A stretch of DNA of 64,000 nucleotides from Oscillospiraceae bacterium (GCA_015065455.1 SVQI01000002.1:92042-156041), one strand, 5' to 3'; counted from the stretch's first letter, positions 30,067-40,684 are shown. Made by a program: numbers and translations. The notes: generated from the letters alone by a model not told the origin.

Positions 30067-31226
30067 ATTATTTGGTATACTTTGACAATGCCGCCACAAC
30101 CTTTCCAAAGCCGCCGACGGTAATCAACGAAATGATAAACTGTATGACTCAATACTGCGGAAATCCCGGAAGAAGCGGTCATATACTTTCTTTACGCGCT
30201 GCAGAAAAAATATACGATTGCAGAGAGCTTCTCTCAACTATGTTCGGTGTTTCTAATCCTACAAACGTCGTTTTTACACCTAATACAACCTATGCTTTAA
30301 ATATAGCTATTAACGCTTTTTCAAAAAGAAAATCCCATATCCTAATAAGCGACGTTGAGCATAACTCCGTCTATCGAACCGTTTCGGGTCTTTCAAAATT
30401 CGGAATTGATTACGACATATTTACAGTTGACCCGCATAACACAGAAAACACTCTGCTTTCTTTAAAATCAAAAATACGTTCAAACACCTCAATGATTGTT
30501 TGCACCCACGTTTCAAATGTTTGCGGAATAACTCTGCCTATTATGGAAATAGGTAAAATTTGCAACAAGTACGGAATAAAGTTTATTGTTGACGGCGCCC
30601 AGAGCGTCGGCACACACAAGATAAATATTAAAAATTGTAATATAGACGCGCTTTGCGCCCCCGGTCATAAGGGATTATACGGGCCGCAGGGTACAGGTTT
30701 TGTTATTTTTTCCGATAAATATTCCAACGAAAAAAGTATATCAAGATTAAACCCTTTTATTTACGGTGGTAACGGCGTTAATTCTGCCGAAAAAACTATG
30801 CCCACCATTCTTCCTGAAAGATATGAAGGCGGAACGTTAAACACTGTAGGAATTGCGGGACTTTGCGAAGGCATAAAGTTTGTAAAATCACAAACCGAAG
30901 ATGAACTGTTCAAACACAGCTGTTCAATCTATAACCGTGCTGTCGAGATGGTTTCATTTCTTCCGGATACAAAGGTTTATTGCGGTGATATTATCAAAAG
31001 CTCGTGTCTTCTTTTTAACGTAGACGGACTGTCTTCGGATTACGTTGCCGATTTACTCAACAATGACGGAATATGCGTACGGTCAGGACTTCACTGTTCT
31101 CCGTTGGCACACAAAAAGCTAAAAACAACAGACGGCGCTGTCAGAGCTTCTTTCTCCTGTTTTAACAATCTGTCTGAGCTTGAATCGTTTTATAAATCAC
31201 TCAAAAATATCGTATATAACAGATAA
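30063..31226 (+). CDS. class V aminotransferase (cysteine desulfurase / selenocysteine lyase family)
   Basis: 387 aa with a GTG start and PLP-lysine context CAPGHKGLYGPQGTGF. Confidence 0.85.
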   Translation: MNYLVYFDNAATTFPKPPTVINEMINCMTQYCGNPGRSGHILSLRAAEKIYDCRELLSTMFGVSNPTNVVFTPNTTYALNIAINAFSKRKSHILISDVEHNSVYRTVSGLSKFGIDYDIFTVDPHNTENTLLSLKSKIRSNTSMIVCTHVSNVCGITLPIMEIGKICNKYGIKFIVDGAQSVGTHKINIKNCNIDALCAPGHKGLYGPQGTGFVIFSDKYSNEKSISRLNPFIYGGNGVNSAEKTMPTILPERYEGGTLNTVGIAGLCEGIKFVKSQTEDELFKHSCSIYNRAVEMVSFLPDTKVYCGDIIKSSCLLFNVDGLSSDYVADLLNNDGICVRSGLHCSPLAHKKLKTTDGAVRASFSCFNNLSELESFYKSLKNIVYNR

Positions 31227-31262
31227 AAGCTTCCCCGCTTTTCTCACGGGGAAGCTTTTTAT
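31227..31262. terminator. bidirectional intrinsic terminator
   Basis: Hairpin AAGCTTCCCCG/CGGGGAAGCTT flanked by A and T runs, between convergent genes. Confidence 0.85.
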
Positions 31263-31275
31263 TTTTTATCTAAAC

Positions 31276-32556
31276 TTAAACCTGAGCCAATGCCTGTTCG
31301 AGATCTGCAATAATATCTGCAGCATCTTCGATGCCCACAGAAAATCTGATAAGGTCTGAGCCTACGCCTGCTTCTTCAAGCTGTTTATCCGAAAGCTGAC
31401 GGTGTGTCGTGCTTGCAGGATGAAGAACACAGGTTCTTGCATCTGCAACGTGTGTAACAATTGCCGCAAGTTTCAAACTATCCATAAACTTGGTTGCAGC
31501 TTCTCGTCCTCCCTTTATACCGAACGAAATAACACCGCAAGTACCGTTCTTCATATATTTCTGCGCCAAATCATAATATTTGGAGCTTTCAAGTCCGGGA
31601 TAGTTTATCCAGGTAATCTTGTCGTGATTTTCAAGATACTTTGCAACAGCAAGAGCATTCTCGCAGTGACGTCTTACGCGCAAAAATACTGTTTCAAGTC
31701 CAAGGTTAAGCAAAAATGCGTTATTAGGTGACTGCATTGACCCCAAGTCTCTCATAAGGTGTGTTGTTACCTTTGTAATATACGCCGCATTTCCGCAATC
31801 TTTTGCATACACCATACCGTGATATGATTCATCGGGCTGTGTAAGACCGGGGAATTTATCGGCATTTGCCATCCAGTCAAATTTACCGCTGTCAACTACA
31901 ACACCGCCGAGAGCAACTGCGTGTCCGTCAAGATACTTTGTTGTAGAATGAACAACTATATCAGCTCCGTGCTCAAAAGGACGGCAGTTTACGGGAGTTG
32001 GGAAAGTATTGTCTATTATAAGCGGAACACCGTTTGCATGGGCGCATTTTGCAAATTTTTCAATATCAAGTACAACGAGCGAGGGGTTTGACAAGCTCTC
32101 TGCAAATACTGCCTTTGTATTAGGCTTAAATGCCGCCATCAACTCTTCTTCGGTAGCCTCGGGAGAAACGAAAGTAACGTCAATTCCCATCTGACGAAGC
32201 GTTACGTCAAATAAATTGAATGTTCCGCCGTATATTGCCGACGTACTGATGAGGTGGTCTCCGCAACGGCAAATATTGAATACCGAATAGAACGAAGCCG
32301 CCTGTCCCGATGAAGTAAGTACAGCGCCTACACCACCCTCAAGCTCAGCAATTTTAGCTGCAGTATAATCGCAGGTCGGGTTTGCAAGACGGGTATAGAA
32401 GTATCCTGTATCCTCAAGGTCAAAAAGCTTGCCCATCTGTTCGCTTGATTCGTATTTATAAGTCGTGCTTTGGATTATCGGAATAACTCTCGGTTCGCCG
32501 TTCTTGGGTTCGTACACACCCTGAACGCATTTTGTATCAAATCTGTAATCTTTCAT
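31276..32556 (-). CDS. metY: O-acetylhomoserine sulfhydrylase (Cys/Met-metabolism PLP enzyme)
   Basis: 426 aa with PLP-lysine motif HSTTKYLDGH. N-terminus RFDTKCVQG is typical of OAH sulfhydrylases. Confidence 0.88.
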   Translation of the reverse strand: MKDYRFDTKCVQGVYEPKNGEPRVIPIIQSTTYKYESSEQMGKLFDLEDTGYFYTRLANPTCDYTAAKIAELEGGVGAVLTSSGQAASFYSVFNICRCGDHLISTSAIYGGTFNLFDVTLRQMGIDVTFVSPEATEEELMAAFKPNTKAVFAESLSNPSLVVLDIEKFAKCAHANGVPLIIDNTFPTPVNCRPFEHGADIVVHSTTKYLDGHAVALGGVVVDSGKFDWMANADKFPGLTQPDESYHGMVYAKDCGNAAYITKVTTHLMRDLGSMQSPNNAFLLNLGLETVFLRVRRHCENALAVAKYLENHDKITWINYPGLESSKYYDLAQKYMKNGTCGVISFGIKGGREAATKFMDSLKLAAIVTHVADARTCVLHPASTTHRQLSDKQLEEAGVGSDLIRFSVGIEDAADIIADLEQALAQV

Positions 32557-32581
32557 ACAAGTAATCTCCTTTATTCTCTCT

Positions 32582-34240
32582 TTAATTCTTTACCTTGTAG
32601 CTGTCCTTCAAAGACACTATTCTGTTAAACGTATTCTCATGCTTTGAATCCATCGTATAATATCCCATTCGAACAAACTGGAACTTTTCTCCCTGCTTTG
32701 CATCCTTAAGGGACATTTCAGCCTTACAGCCGGTAAGCTTCTTTACTGAATCGGGGTTGAGATAATCGTCGTACGTCTTATCCTCTGGCATATTATTCAT
32801 ATCGGCTTCAGTAAACAGTCTGTCATACAGCATAATTTCCGTATCAAAAGCATATTTTGCAGAAACCCAATGAATAGTTCCCTTTATCTTTCTTCCGTCA
32901 ACGGGATTTCCGTTACCTGTTTCAAGATCTGCAGTACATCTGATTTCTGTGATTTCTCCGTTTTCGTCCTTTATTATCTCGTTACATTTTACGATATAAC
33001 CTCCCATAAGTCTGACCTCTCCGTCAGGCTTCATACGGAAGAATTTCGGAGGAGGAACTTCTGCAAAGTCGCTCTTTTCGATATACAACTCTCTTGTAAA
33101 GGGCACTTTTCTTGTTCCCGCGTTTTCGTCGTTGGGATTATTGGGAAGATCAAAATATTCCACCTTATCCTCAGGATAGTTCGTAATAACCACCTTTACC
33201 GGCTCGGTAACGCAAATTCTTCTCTGCGCTGACATATTAAGTTCTTCTCTCAAACAATATTCAAGAAGCTCTATATCAACCAAGCTGTAAGCCTTTGCAA
33301 CGCCTGCTCTCTTTACAAATTCAAGTATAGACGAGGGCGAAAAGCCTCTTCTTCTGAGTCCGCAGATTGTGGGCATTCGAGGGTCATCCCAGCCGTCAAC
33401 AAGTCCTGTTTCAACAAGTTTTCTGAGATATCTCTTACTCATAACTGTATAAGTTACGTTAAGTCTTGCAAATTCTCTCTGCTTCGGCTTTTGCTCAAAA
33501 CCGATATTATCAATTACCCATTCGTAAAGGGGTCTATGGTTTTCAAACTCTATGGAACAAAGAGAATGTGTTATTCCCTCCAATGCATCCTGAATCGGAT
33601 GCGCAAAGTCATACAAGGGGTAAATACACCATTTATCGCCCTGTCTGTGATGGTTTGTATGAACTATGCGGTATATGGCGGGGTCTCTCATATTCATATT
33701 GGGAGATGCCATATCTATCTTTGCGCGGAGAGTTCTTGTTCCGTCGGGAAATTCACCTTTTTTCATTCTTTCAAATAAATCTAAATTTTCCTCGGGAGTT
33801 CTGTTACGGTAAGGGCTGTCTTTACCTGCCGTAGTAAGAGTCCCTCTGTACTCACGCATTTCCTCTGCTGTCAGGTCGCAAACATAAGCCTTTCCCTCTT
33901 TTATAAGCTTTACGGCATATTCATAGCATTTATCAAAATAGTCGGAGCCGTAGAATATTCCGCCCGTTGGCTCTGCTCCAAGCCATTTCAAGTCTTCAAG
34001 AATTGACACAACGTATTCATTATCTTCTTTTGCGGGGTTTGTATCATCATAACGAAGATTGAAATTTCCGCCGAACTTCTTTGCCGCTGAATTGTTTATC
34101 CATATAGCCTTTGCGCTTCCTATATGCAAATATCCGTTAGGTTCGGGCGGAAAACGCGTGTGAACGTGTGTATAAACACCCTCGTTCAAATCGTTTTCTA
34201 TTATTTCCTCAATAAAGTTACCGTTTGTAATTTCGTCCAT
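32582..34240 (-). CDS. glnS: glutamine--tRNA ligase
   Basis: 552 aa with HIGH-type motif PEPNGYLHIGSAKA, KMSKS-type VMSKR, and C-terminal beta-barrel anticodon-binding domains. Confidence 0.93.
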   Translation of the reverse strand: MDEITNGNFIEEIIENDLNEGVYTHVHTRFPPEPNGYLHIGSAKAIWINNSAAKKFGGNFNLRYDDTNPAKEDNEYVVSILEDLKWLGAEPTGGIFYGSDYFDKCYEYAVKLIKEGKAYVCDLTAEEMREYRGTLTTAGKDSPYRNRTPEENLDLFERMKKGEFPDGTRTLRAKIDMASPNMNMRDPAIYRIVHTNHHRQGDKWCIYPLYDFAHPIQDALEGITHSLCSIEFENHRPLYEWVIDNIGFEQKPKQREFARLNVTYTVMSKRYLRKLVETGLVDGWDDPRMPTICGLRRRGFSPSSILEFVKRAGVAKAYSLVDIELLEYCLREELNMSAQRRICVTEPVKVVITNYPEDKVEYFDLPNNPNDENAGTRKVPFTRELYIEKSDFAEVPPPKFFRMKPDGEVRLMGGYIVKCNEIIKDENGEITEIRCTADLETGNGNPVDGRKIKGTIHWVSAKYAFDTEIMLYDRLFTEADMNNMPEDKTYDDYLNPDSVKKLTGCKAEMSLKDAKQGEKFQFVRMGYYTMDSKHENTFNRIVSLKDSYKVKN

Positions 34241-34251
34241 ATTTTTGTTCC

Positions 34252-35931
34252 TCAGAGAGCCTCTGCCGCATTTTTCAAACGGACAAGTACTCTTTCTTTT
34301 CCAAGTATTCTCATTATTTCGTGCAAATCGGGGGAATTAACTCTGCCGGTTATTGCAATTCTTATGAATCCGCTAACGTCTCCAACGTTGCCCTTAAATC
34401 CGTCGGGATTCTGTTTATAGGCCTTCATATCGGACGTGTAGCCGAGGCTTTCACTTATGTTCTTTATCTTTTCAAACCAAGCGTTATTGTCGTCGTTTTC
34501 GTTGTAGCTTTCAGCAAATTTCTCAAAAACTGCCTTCACGTCTGCCTTTTCAAACCTTCCGTCAATCTCCGCCTCACGTTCAAATATGTCGTCGTAGAAA
34601 TATGACATATACGGCTTAACGTCCTTCCAAACAGCAAAATCTTTTCTCGGCTTTTTACCGTAACGTCCTATTGAAAGGATCTTCTTCGCGTATTCCTCGT
34701 CAGCAGAAAGCTTTTCTGCAAAATCCTTATCGTACTCGTTTGCCCATTCAATAACTCCCTCATAAACTTCATCGGCTGTCATTCTTGATATAGCATTCTT
34801 ACTTACGTCATTAAGCTTATCAAAGTCAAACAAAGCGCCCGACGTACTCATCTTCTTTATCGAGAAGGGGAATTCTGTATACGGCTTTTCAGGATTCGCC
34901 ATACGCCACTCTTCAAAATTGGAATTAAGGAGCGTCATAACGTATTCATTTACGCTAACGGGTGGATATCCGTTTTCTCTGTAATCGGAAACTGCCGCGC
35001 CATTATCTCTTTTTGACAGCTTCTTCTTGGAGTTGCCTTCCATCTTCATAAGCTGCGCTATGTGCATATATTTCGGGAGCTTAAAGTTAAGATATCTGAA
35101 AAGCTGAATATGCTTTGCTAAACTGGGCAACCACTCCTCGCCTCTGATAACGTGTGTTGTTCCCATAAGGTGATCGTCAACAGCATGAGCAAAGTGATAA
35201 GTCGGAATACCATCGCTCTTAAGAAGCACAAAATCCTCGTCGTTTTCGGGAACCTCAAGCTTGCCTTTTATAAGATCCGTAAAAGGCGTTTTCTTTTCAG
35301 GGTCTCCGTCTGAAAGAATACGGAGTACAAAGGGATTTCCCTTCTTCACCTGTTCTTCTGCTTCTTCGTAGGTTATATCGCGAAGCTTCTTTATATTTTC
35401 TTTTTCCGTATCGGGATTATTATGCCAATCGCGGTTTTTTATTTCAGCCTTCTTGTCTGTCGCGTGTAACGCTTCGAGCTCTTCTTCAGTAGTAAAACAA
35501 GGATATGCTCTGCCCTCTCTTACGAGCTGCTTTGCATAAGTCTGATATATCTCTCCGCGCTGACTCTGTCTGTAAGGACCGTATATTCCGAACTCCTTTT
35601 CGTCTGCCAAAGCGCCCTCGTCAAAATGTATCTGATAGTAAGCAAGCGTTTCTATAATATCCTTCTCTGCGCCCTTTACCTCTCTCTTTGAGTCGGTATC
35701 TTCTATTCTAAGATAGAATACACCGCCGCTCTGATGCGCAAGTCTTTCTGCTATTCGTGCGGGAAAAAGTGTACCGAAATGCATAAATCCCGTAGGAGAA
35801 GGTGCAATTCTCGTTACCTTTGCGCCCTCAGGCAATTCTCTTTTGGGAAATCTCTCCTCTATCTGCTCGGGCGTTCCCTTTATATGCGGAAATAAAAGTT
35901 CTGCAAGCTTGTTGTAATCCATTGTTTTCAC
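34252..35931 (-). CDS. gltX: glutamate--tRNA ligase (long form)
   Basis: 559 aa with PSPTGFMHFGT and KLSKRD class I motifs. Confidence 0.88.
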   Translation of the reverse strand: MKTMDYNKLAELLFPHIKGTPEQIEERFPKRELPEGAKVTRIAPSPTGFMHFGTLFPARIAERLAHQSGGVFYLRIEDTDSKREVKGAEKDIIETLAYYQIHFDEGALADEKEFGIYGPYRQSQRGEIYQTYAKQLVREGRAYPCFTTEEELEALHATDKKAEIKNRDWHNNPDTEKENIKKLRDITYEEAEEQVKKGNPFVLRILSDGDPEKKTPFTDLIKGKLEVPENDEDFVLLKSDGIPTYHFAHAVDDHLMGTTHVIRGEEWLPSLAKHIQLFRYLNFKLPKYMHIAQLMKMEGNSKKKLSKRDNGAAVSDYRENGYPPVSVNEYVMTLLNSNFEEWRMANPEKPYTEFPFSIKKMSTSGALFDFDKLNDVSKNAISRMTADEVYEGVIEWANEYDKDFAEKLSADEEYAKKILSIGRYGKKPRKDFAVWKDVKPYMSYFYDDIFEREAEIDGRFEKADVKAVFEKFAESYNENDDNNAWFEKIKNISESLGYTSDMKAYKQNPDGFKGNVGDVSGFIRIAITGRVNSPDLHEIMRILGKERVLVRLKNAAEAL

Positions 35932-36563
35932 CTCAAAGTTCTCATATATATGTTATCTGTTTTTTCTTTATTAAGTGTCGTTTGTTCTCCATGTCCCGAC
36001 AAAATTATATAATCTTTCTCAAGTTCGCTTATCTTCTTTAAAGAACACAACAGAGTCTCATAACTGCCGCCGTAAAGATCACATCTGCCCACGCTTCCGC
36101 AGAACAAAGTGTCTCCTGTAAATATCACGTCGTCAGTTATATAGCAAACCGAGCCCTTTGTGTGCCCCGGAGTATGAAGTACCTTTATTTTTTCATTTCC
36201 TACTTCTATCGTTTGTCCGCCGCGAAGCAAACGGTCTGCTTTTTTAAATCTGACGGTCTTACCCGTAAATTCATGCATACAGCTTAAATCGGGATCGCAA
36301 TACATTTCCTCGTCTTCAAAATGAACGTACAGCTTAGCTCCGTTTTTTCTAAGCTCCTCTGCCGCCATTATGTGATCAAAATGCGCGTGTGTCAATAAAA
36401 TTTTATCGAGAATAAGTTCTTTTTCATCAAGGACTCTCTGTATCCTGTCTGCAAAAAAAGCAGGGTCTATTACAGCTGCCTTTTTATCATCACCGTACAC
36501 TATATAGCAATTAGTGTGCAGAGGTCCCAAACACAGTTGTATAATATTCAAAACAATACACAC
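35928..36563 (-). CDS. MBL-fold metallo-hydrolase (glyoxalase II-like)
   Basis: 211 aa with the THAHFDH motif. Overlaps the gltX start by 4 nt. Confidence 0.85.
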   Translation of the reverse strand: MCIVLNIIQLCLGPLHTNCYIVYGDDKKAAVIDPAFFADRIQRVLDEKELILDKILLTHAHFDHIMAAEELRKNGAKLYVHFEDEEMYCDPDLSCMHEFTGKTVRFKKADRLLRGGQTIEVGNEKIKVLHTPGHTKGSVCYITDDVIFTGDTLFCGSVGRCDLYGGSYETLLCSLKKISELEKDYIILSGHGEQTTLNKEKTDNIYMRTLR

Positions 36564-36633
36564 TCCTTTTTTACGGTTTTATTGTTATATTATAACACGT
36601 TTTCGCCTACGTGTAAACAAAAATGGCGTTAAT

Positions 36634-37125
36634 TTACCTTTCCGGAAACATTCCCTCTTCAAGAAGGCCGTCAAAGTCTCTCTGTCTTAATACCTCGTAT
36701 ACCGCTATTGCCGCTGAATTTGAAAGATTAAGGCTTCTGAGTCCGTTTCTCATCGGAATTCTAACACATTTTTCTATATTCGCCTTCAAAAGCTCTTCGG
36801 GCAATCCCTTAGTTTCCTTACCGAAAACAAGAAACACTTTTTTAGGATACACTGCGGTAACGTGAGAAACGGGAGCTTTTGTTGAGAAAAAAAACATCTG
36901 TTCATCCTTATTTTTCTCAAAAAACTCATCTGAGTTCTCATAATAAGTTATATCAAGCTGGTGCCAATAATCAAGCCCTGCTCTTTTCAGTTTAGCATTA
37001 TCAATTTCAAACCCCATAGGCTTTACAAGATGCAAAGCCGCACCTGTCGCGGCGCAGGTTCTTGCAATATTTCCCGTATTCTGCGGAATTTCGGGTTCTA
37101 TAAGAACAATATTTATGTCAGCCAT
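36634..37125 (-). CDS. trmL: tRNA (cytidine/uridine-2'-O)-methyltransferase TrmL (SpoU family)
   Basis: 163 aa with N-terminus IVLIEPEIPQNTGNIARTC and a C-terminal SLNLSNSAAI knot motif. Confidence 0.88.
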   Translation of the reverse strand: MADINIVLIEPEIPQNTGNIARTCAATGAALHLVKPMGFEIDNAKLKRAGLDYWHQLDITYYENSDEFFEKNKDEQMFFFSTKAPVSHVTAVYPKKVFLVFGKETKGLPEELLKANIEKCVRIPMRNGLRSLNLSNSAAIAVYEVLRQRDFDGLLEEGMFPER

Positions 37126-37214
37126 TGTTTCACCTTTTTTGTTGTTAGTCTTAGCTTAAGACATTTAATCTTATATATTATAATACATATAATACCATTT
37201 TTCAAGCAAATTCC

Positions 37215-37252
37215 AAAAAAATATCGGCGGTTGTAATGCTACAACCACCGAT
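37215..37252 (-). terminator. intrinsic terminator after the 37271-37825 gene
   Basis: 12-bp hairpin ATCGGTGGTTGT/ACAACCGCCGAT (one mismatch) followed by T7 on the minus strand. Confidence 0.8.
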
Positions 37253-37270
37253 ACGAAGTTTATAAACAAA

Positions 37271-37825
37271 TTACATTAAATTTTCATCGTAACCCGCGCG
37301 CGGACCGCCTATATATTTTGCTCTGGTTCTTGCGCACACAACGTAAGCCTCTCCTATGTATTTCTGGCTTAATCTAAGAGGAACGGCTACATCCTTCAGA
37401 TGCATACCGATAAGTGTTGATCCAATATCTATTCCCGCATCTGCCTTTATATGTTCAACTGCAACAGCATCTTTAAAAGTCTTACGCGCTGTCATTGCAA
37501 AAGCTCCGCCTGCGTGAAGCTGAGGAACTACGTTTACTACTTCCTCGCCGTTTTTCAAAGCACACCTTTCAACAATCAAAGCTCTGTTAAGATGCTCGCA
37601 ACACTGAACTGCAATAAAAACACCTTTGCTTGTCAAATAATCATATATTTCAGCAAAAACAGCCTCAGCAATTTCGATACTCGAATCACTTCCGATTCTT
37701 GAACCGCGAATCTCACTCGACGAGCTTCCCATAACAACAAGCTGTCCTTCCTTAAGCTTTGCCGCTTCATAAAACTCGACAACTAACTTTCTGGCTTCTT
37801 CTCTTACTTTTTCAATCATTTTCAC
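37271..37825 (-). CDS. TIGR01440/DUF436 family conserved protein
   Basis: 184 aa. The pattern GQLVVMGSSSSEIRGSRIG...QCCEHLNRALIVER is typical of this family. Confidence 0.75.
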   Translation of the reverse strand: MKMIEKVREEARKLVVEFYEAAKLKEGQLVVMGSSSSEIRGSRIGSDSSIEIAEAVFAEIYDYLTSKGVFIAVQCCEHLNRALIVERCALKNGEEVVNVVPQLHAGGAFAMTARKTFKDAVAVEHIKADAGIDIGSTLIGMHLKDVAVPLRLSQKYIGEAYVVCARTRAKYIGGPRAGYDENLM

Positions 37826-37860
37826 TCATTCCTTTCTGCAAAATAAATCAAATATACGAA

Positions 37861-38844
37861 TTATAAAAGGTTCTTTCTCAAAGTTGCTCCATCAAGAGCC
37901 GAAAGATAAGCGGGAGCGATATCAAATACCGTCTTACAGCCAGTCATACCCTCTTTATTCATTCTATAAGCCGCTCTTGCGTATGCAACAAGCACGCTTG
38001 CCGTAAACTCGGGGTTTGAATCAAGCTTAAGTGAATATTCAATCACGTGCTTATTCTTACCGTCGTTGGTACTGCCCGTTCTGATTACAAAACCACCGTG
38101 AGGAATACCCGAATGGTTTGCCTTAAGCTCTTCTTCAGTAATAAAGTGTACTATCGTATCATAATCCGCAAAGTAATTGGGCATTTCCTTTATTTCTTTT
38201 TCAATTCTTGCTTTATCAGCGCCCTCATTTGCCACAACAAAGCATTCGCGAATATGTTTTTCTCTTGTAGTGAGCTCAGGATTTTCTCCATTTCTTACTC
38301 TTTCAAGAGCAGACTCAACGGGAATAGTATACTGCTTTGCATCCTTAACTCCGTCAACTCTTCTTATAGCATCCGAATGTCCCTGGCTTACACCCTTGCC
38401 CCAGAATGTATAATCCTTTCCGTTAGGCAATACAGCATTCCCGTAAAGACGATTAAGCGAGAACATTCCGGGGTCCCATCCAACAGAAATAACGCTTATC
38501 TTACCGCCTTTTTTTGAAGATGCATCAACCTTGTCAAAATGTTCGGGAATCTTAGCGTGGGTATCAAAGCTATCAACCACGTTAAAATGCTCGGCATACA
38601 TAGGTGTCTGCACGGGAAGGTCCGTTGCGCTTCCTCCGCATATAACAAGTACGTCTATTTTGTCTTTATAATCAAGTATGTTATCAACATGTACGACCGG
38701 CACATTTTCGGTATTTATCTTAACACTTGAAACGTCGCGTCTTGTAAATACAGCAACCAACTCTGTGTCTATATTCTCTTTTACAGCGGCTTCGGCACCC
38801 TTTGCAAGATTTCCGTAACCCACTATTCCTATTCTGATACTCAT
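37861..38844 (-). CDS. ddh: meso-diaminopimelate D-dehydrogenase
   Basis: 327 aa with N-terminus IRIGIVGYGNLAKG and a WGKGVSQGHSDA motif. Confidence 0.9.
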   Translation of the reverse strand: MSIRIGIVGYGNLAKGAEAAVKENIDTELVAVFTRRDVSSVKINTENVPVVHVDNILDYKDKIDVLVICGGSATDLPVQTPMYAEHFNVVDSFDTHAKIPEHFDKVDASSKKGGKISVISVGWDPGMFSLNRLYGNAVLPNGKDYTFWGKGVSQGHSDAIRRVDGVKDAKQYTIPVESALERVRNGENPELTTREKHIRECFVVANEGADKARIEKEIKEMPNYFADYDTIVHFITEEELKANHSGIPHGGFVIRTGSTNDGKNKHVIEYSLKLDSNPEFTASVLVAYARAAYRMNKEGMTGCKTVFDIAPAYLSALDGATLRKNLL

Positions 38845-38956
38845 ATATTTTCACCTTTCATATTGTTTTTTCGTTATTTTTTCAATTTTCTGTTTATATT
38901 CATATTGTTACCCCCAAACGAATATGATGTAAAAAAACACCTCGGAGGAAATTTTT

Positions 38957-39634
38957 ATGAAAGCAATAATCGGCATAACACCTCAATACGATAATTACCT
39001 GGGAAATAACAGAATATCCCCGTTTTACGCCAAAGCCATTGAAGAATCAGGCGGTATTCCGTTTATTCTTCCCTACACCAGAAACAAAGAATTGATCAAG
39101 GATATGATAAATAATCTTGACGGTATACTTTTTTCCGGGGGAACAAATATCGATCCTCGCAAATACGGTGAAGAGGCAACTGAAAACTGCGGTAATATCG
39201 AATTTGAAAGAGATATCTTCGAGCTTGAGCTCTGCAAATCCGCAACCGAAAGCGACAAATCTGTTTTGGGAATATGCCGCGGCTGTCAGCTTATAACTGT
39301 AGCATCGGGAGGCACGCTCTGTCAACATATTGAAAAGCATACGCAAAGCGAAGACAGACATATAACATCTCATTCGGTAAGCATCGTAAAAGATACTCCC
39401 CTTCACACTATACTAGGCGCGGAAACAACCGACGTAAACAGCTTTCATCATCAGGTAGTCAAAGATACCGGAAGCCTGAAGGCTGCCGCATTCGGAAAAG
39501 ACCAAGTCATTGAAGCGGTATATCTGCCGGGCAAAAAATTTCATCTCGGAATACAGTGGCATCCCGAAAGAATGTATTCAACCAACATTCACGCAAAACT
39601 TATTTTCGACGCCTTTATTTGTTCTTGTTTATAA
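38957..39634 (+). CDS. gamma-glutamyl-GABA hydrolase-like class I glutamine amidotransferase (peptidase C26)
   Basis: 225 aa with nucleophile context GICRGCQL, then HHQ and QWHPE motifs. Confidence 0.85.
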   Translation: MKAIIGITPQYDNYLGNNRISPFYAKAIEESGGIPFILPYTRNKELIKDMINNLDGILFSGGTNIDPRKYGEEATENCGNIEFERDIFELELCKSATESDKSVLGICRGCQLITVASGGTLCQHIEKHTQSEDRHITSHSVSIVKDTPLHTILGAETTDVNSFHHQVVKDTGSLKAAAFGKDQVIEAVYLPGKKFHLGIQWHPERMYSTNIHAKLIFDAFICSCL

Positions 39635-40526
39635 GTCTTGTCAAATCAAGAGCAGGCATTTTTACATTTATAGCTGACGGAATTATGGATATTTCCGCTA
39701 TGTCGGAGTAAATAACCTCTCCGTCAATACCAAGTCTGTTGATATTCTTCACTGTCATTTTACGGCATTGATGATAACTCAACAGATTTTTGTATTTTTC
39801 GCCGACTTCTCCCGTGTTCTCATCAACGTGCTTTCCAAGTCTATAATCTGTAACAAGCTTCAAAAAAGTAACCTTGCTCATTTTATTTATAACCATAGCG
39901 TCAAACAAGCCGTCATCAAGAACTGCTGTGGGCGCAAATTTAAAGCCTCCACCGCAAAACTTTCCGTTTCCAAGCGACGCTATCATATATTCACCGTTAT
40001 ATTCTATCACATTATCGTCTTTGTCTACCACTGTTATTTCAAAATGCTTGCTCAGTTCTCCTTTCAGAGCCTTTGCAACGCCTGCGATATACCCAAGACT
40101 TCCGGACGTAAGAAAATTCTTTTTAACTTTATCCGTTTCAACAACAACGTCGCAGTCAAAACCGATGTTTATGGAATTTATTCCGTATCTGTCGTTACAT
40201 TTCAGAACGTCAACCTTGCCCGAAAACATTTCTTTTTTTGAAAAATTTCTGACAAAATCGTTACCCGAGCCCTTAGGAACTACCGAAAGTACGGCCTTCT
40301 CCATAGCTTCCTCGCCCGCCGACATAATTCCGTTAACAGCTTCGCTTACAGTTCCGTCTCCGCCGTAAACAGTAAAATGCACTTCGGGGTCTTCAAGGCA
40401 CGTTTCTTTTATAAAACGCTCCATATCACGCGGACCTTTTGTTTCGTAAACTTCTATGCTTTTAGGTATGTAAAGATGGGCTTTTACCATTCCTGCCGCG
40501 GGATTGAGTATATGAATTTTTCTCAT
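39615..40526 (-). CDS. diacylglycerol/lipid kinase family protein (YegS/BmrU type)
   Basis: 303 aa with the YGGDGTVSEAVNG motif. The 3' end overlaps the convergent gene by 20 nt. Confidence 0.85.
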   Translation of the reverse strand: MRKIHILNPAAGMVKAHLYIPKSIEVYETKGPRDMERFIKETCLEDPEVHFTVYGGDGTVSEAVNGIMSAGEEAMEKAVLSVVPKGSGNDFVRNFSKKEMFSGKVDVLKCNDRYGINSINIGFDCDVVVETDKVKKNFLTSGSLGYIAGVAKALKGELSKHFEITVVDKDDNVIEYNGEYMIASLGNGKFCGGGFKFAPTAVLDDGLFDAMVINKMSKVTFLKLVTDYRLGKHVDENTGEVGEKYKNLLSYHQCRKMTVKNINRLGIDGEVIYSDIAEISIIPSAINVKMPALDLTRLINKNK

Positions 40527-40641
40527 AGTTTACCTCTTATAAATATTCTAAGATAAAACACTACGCCACGATAGCATAAATATTTTATCATCTTATCTTT
40601 CAAAAATCAACATAATTTTTTAAATTATAACACATCAAAAC

Positions 40642-40670
40642 AAAAAAACAGACCCATAAAAGTCTGTTTT
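40642..40670 (-). terminator. intrinsic terminator after trmO
   Basis: Minus-strand hairpin AAACAGAC/GTCTGTTT followed by TTTTTGTTTTG. Confidence 0.8.
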
Positions 40671-40684
40671 AATTGTATTCGTTA

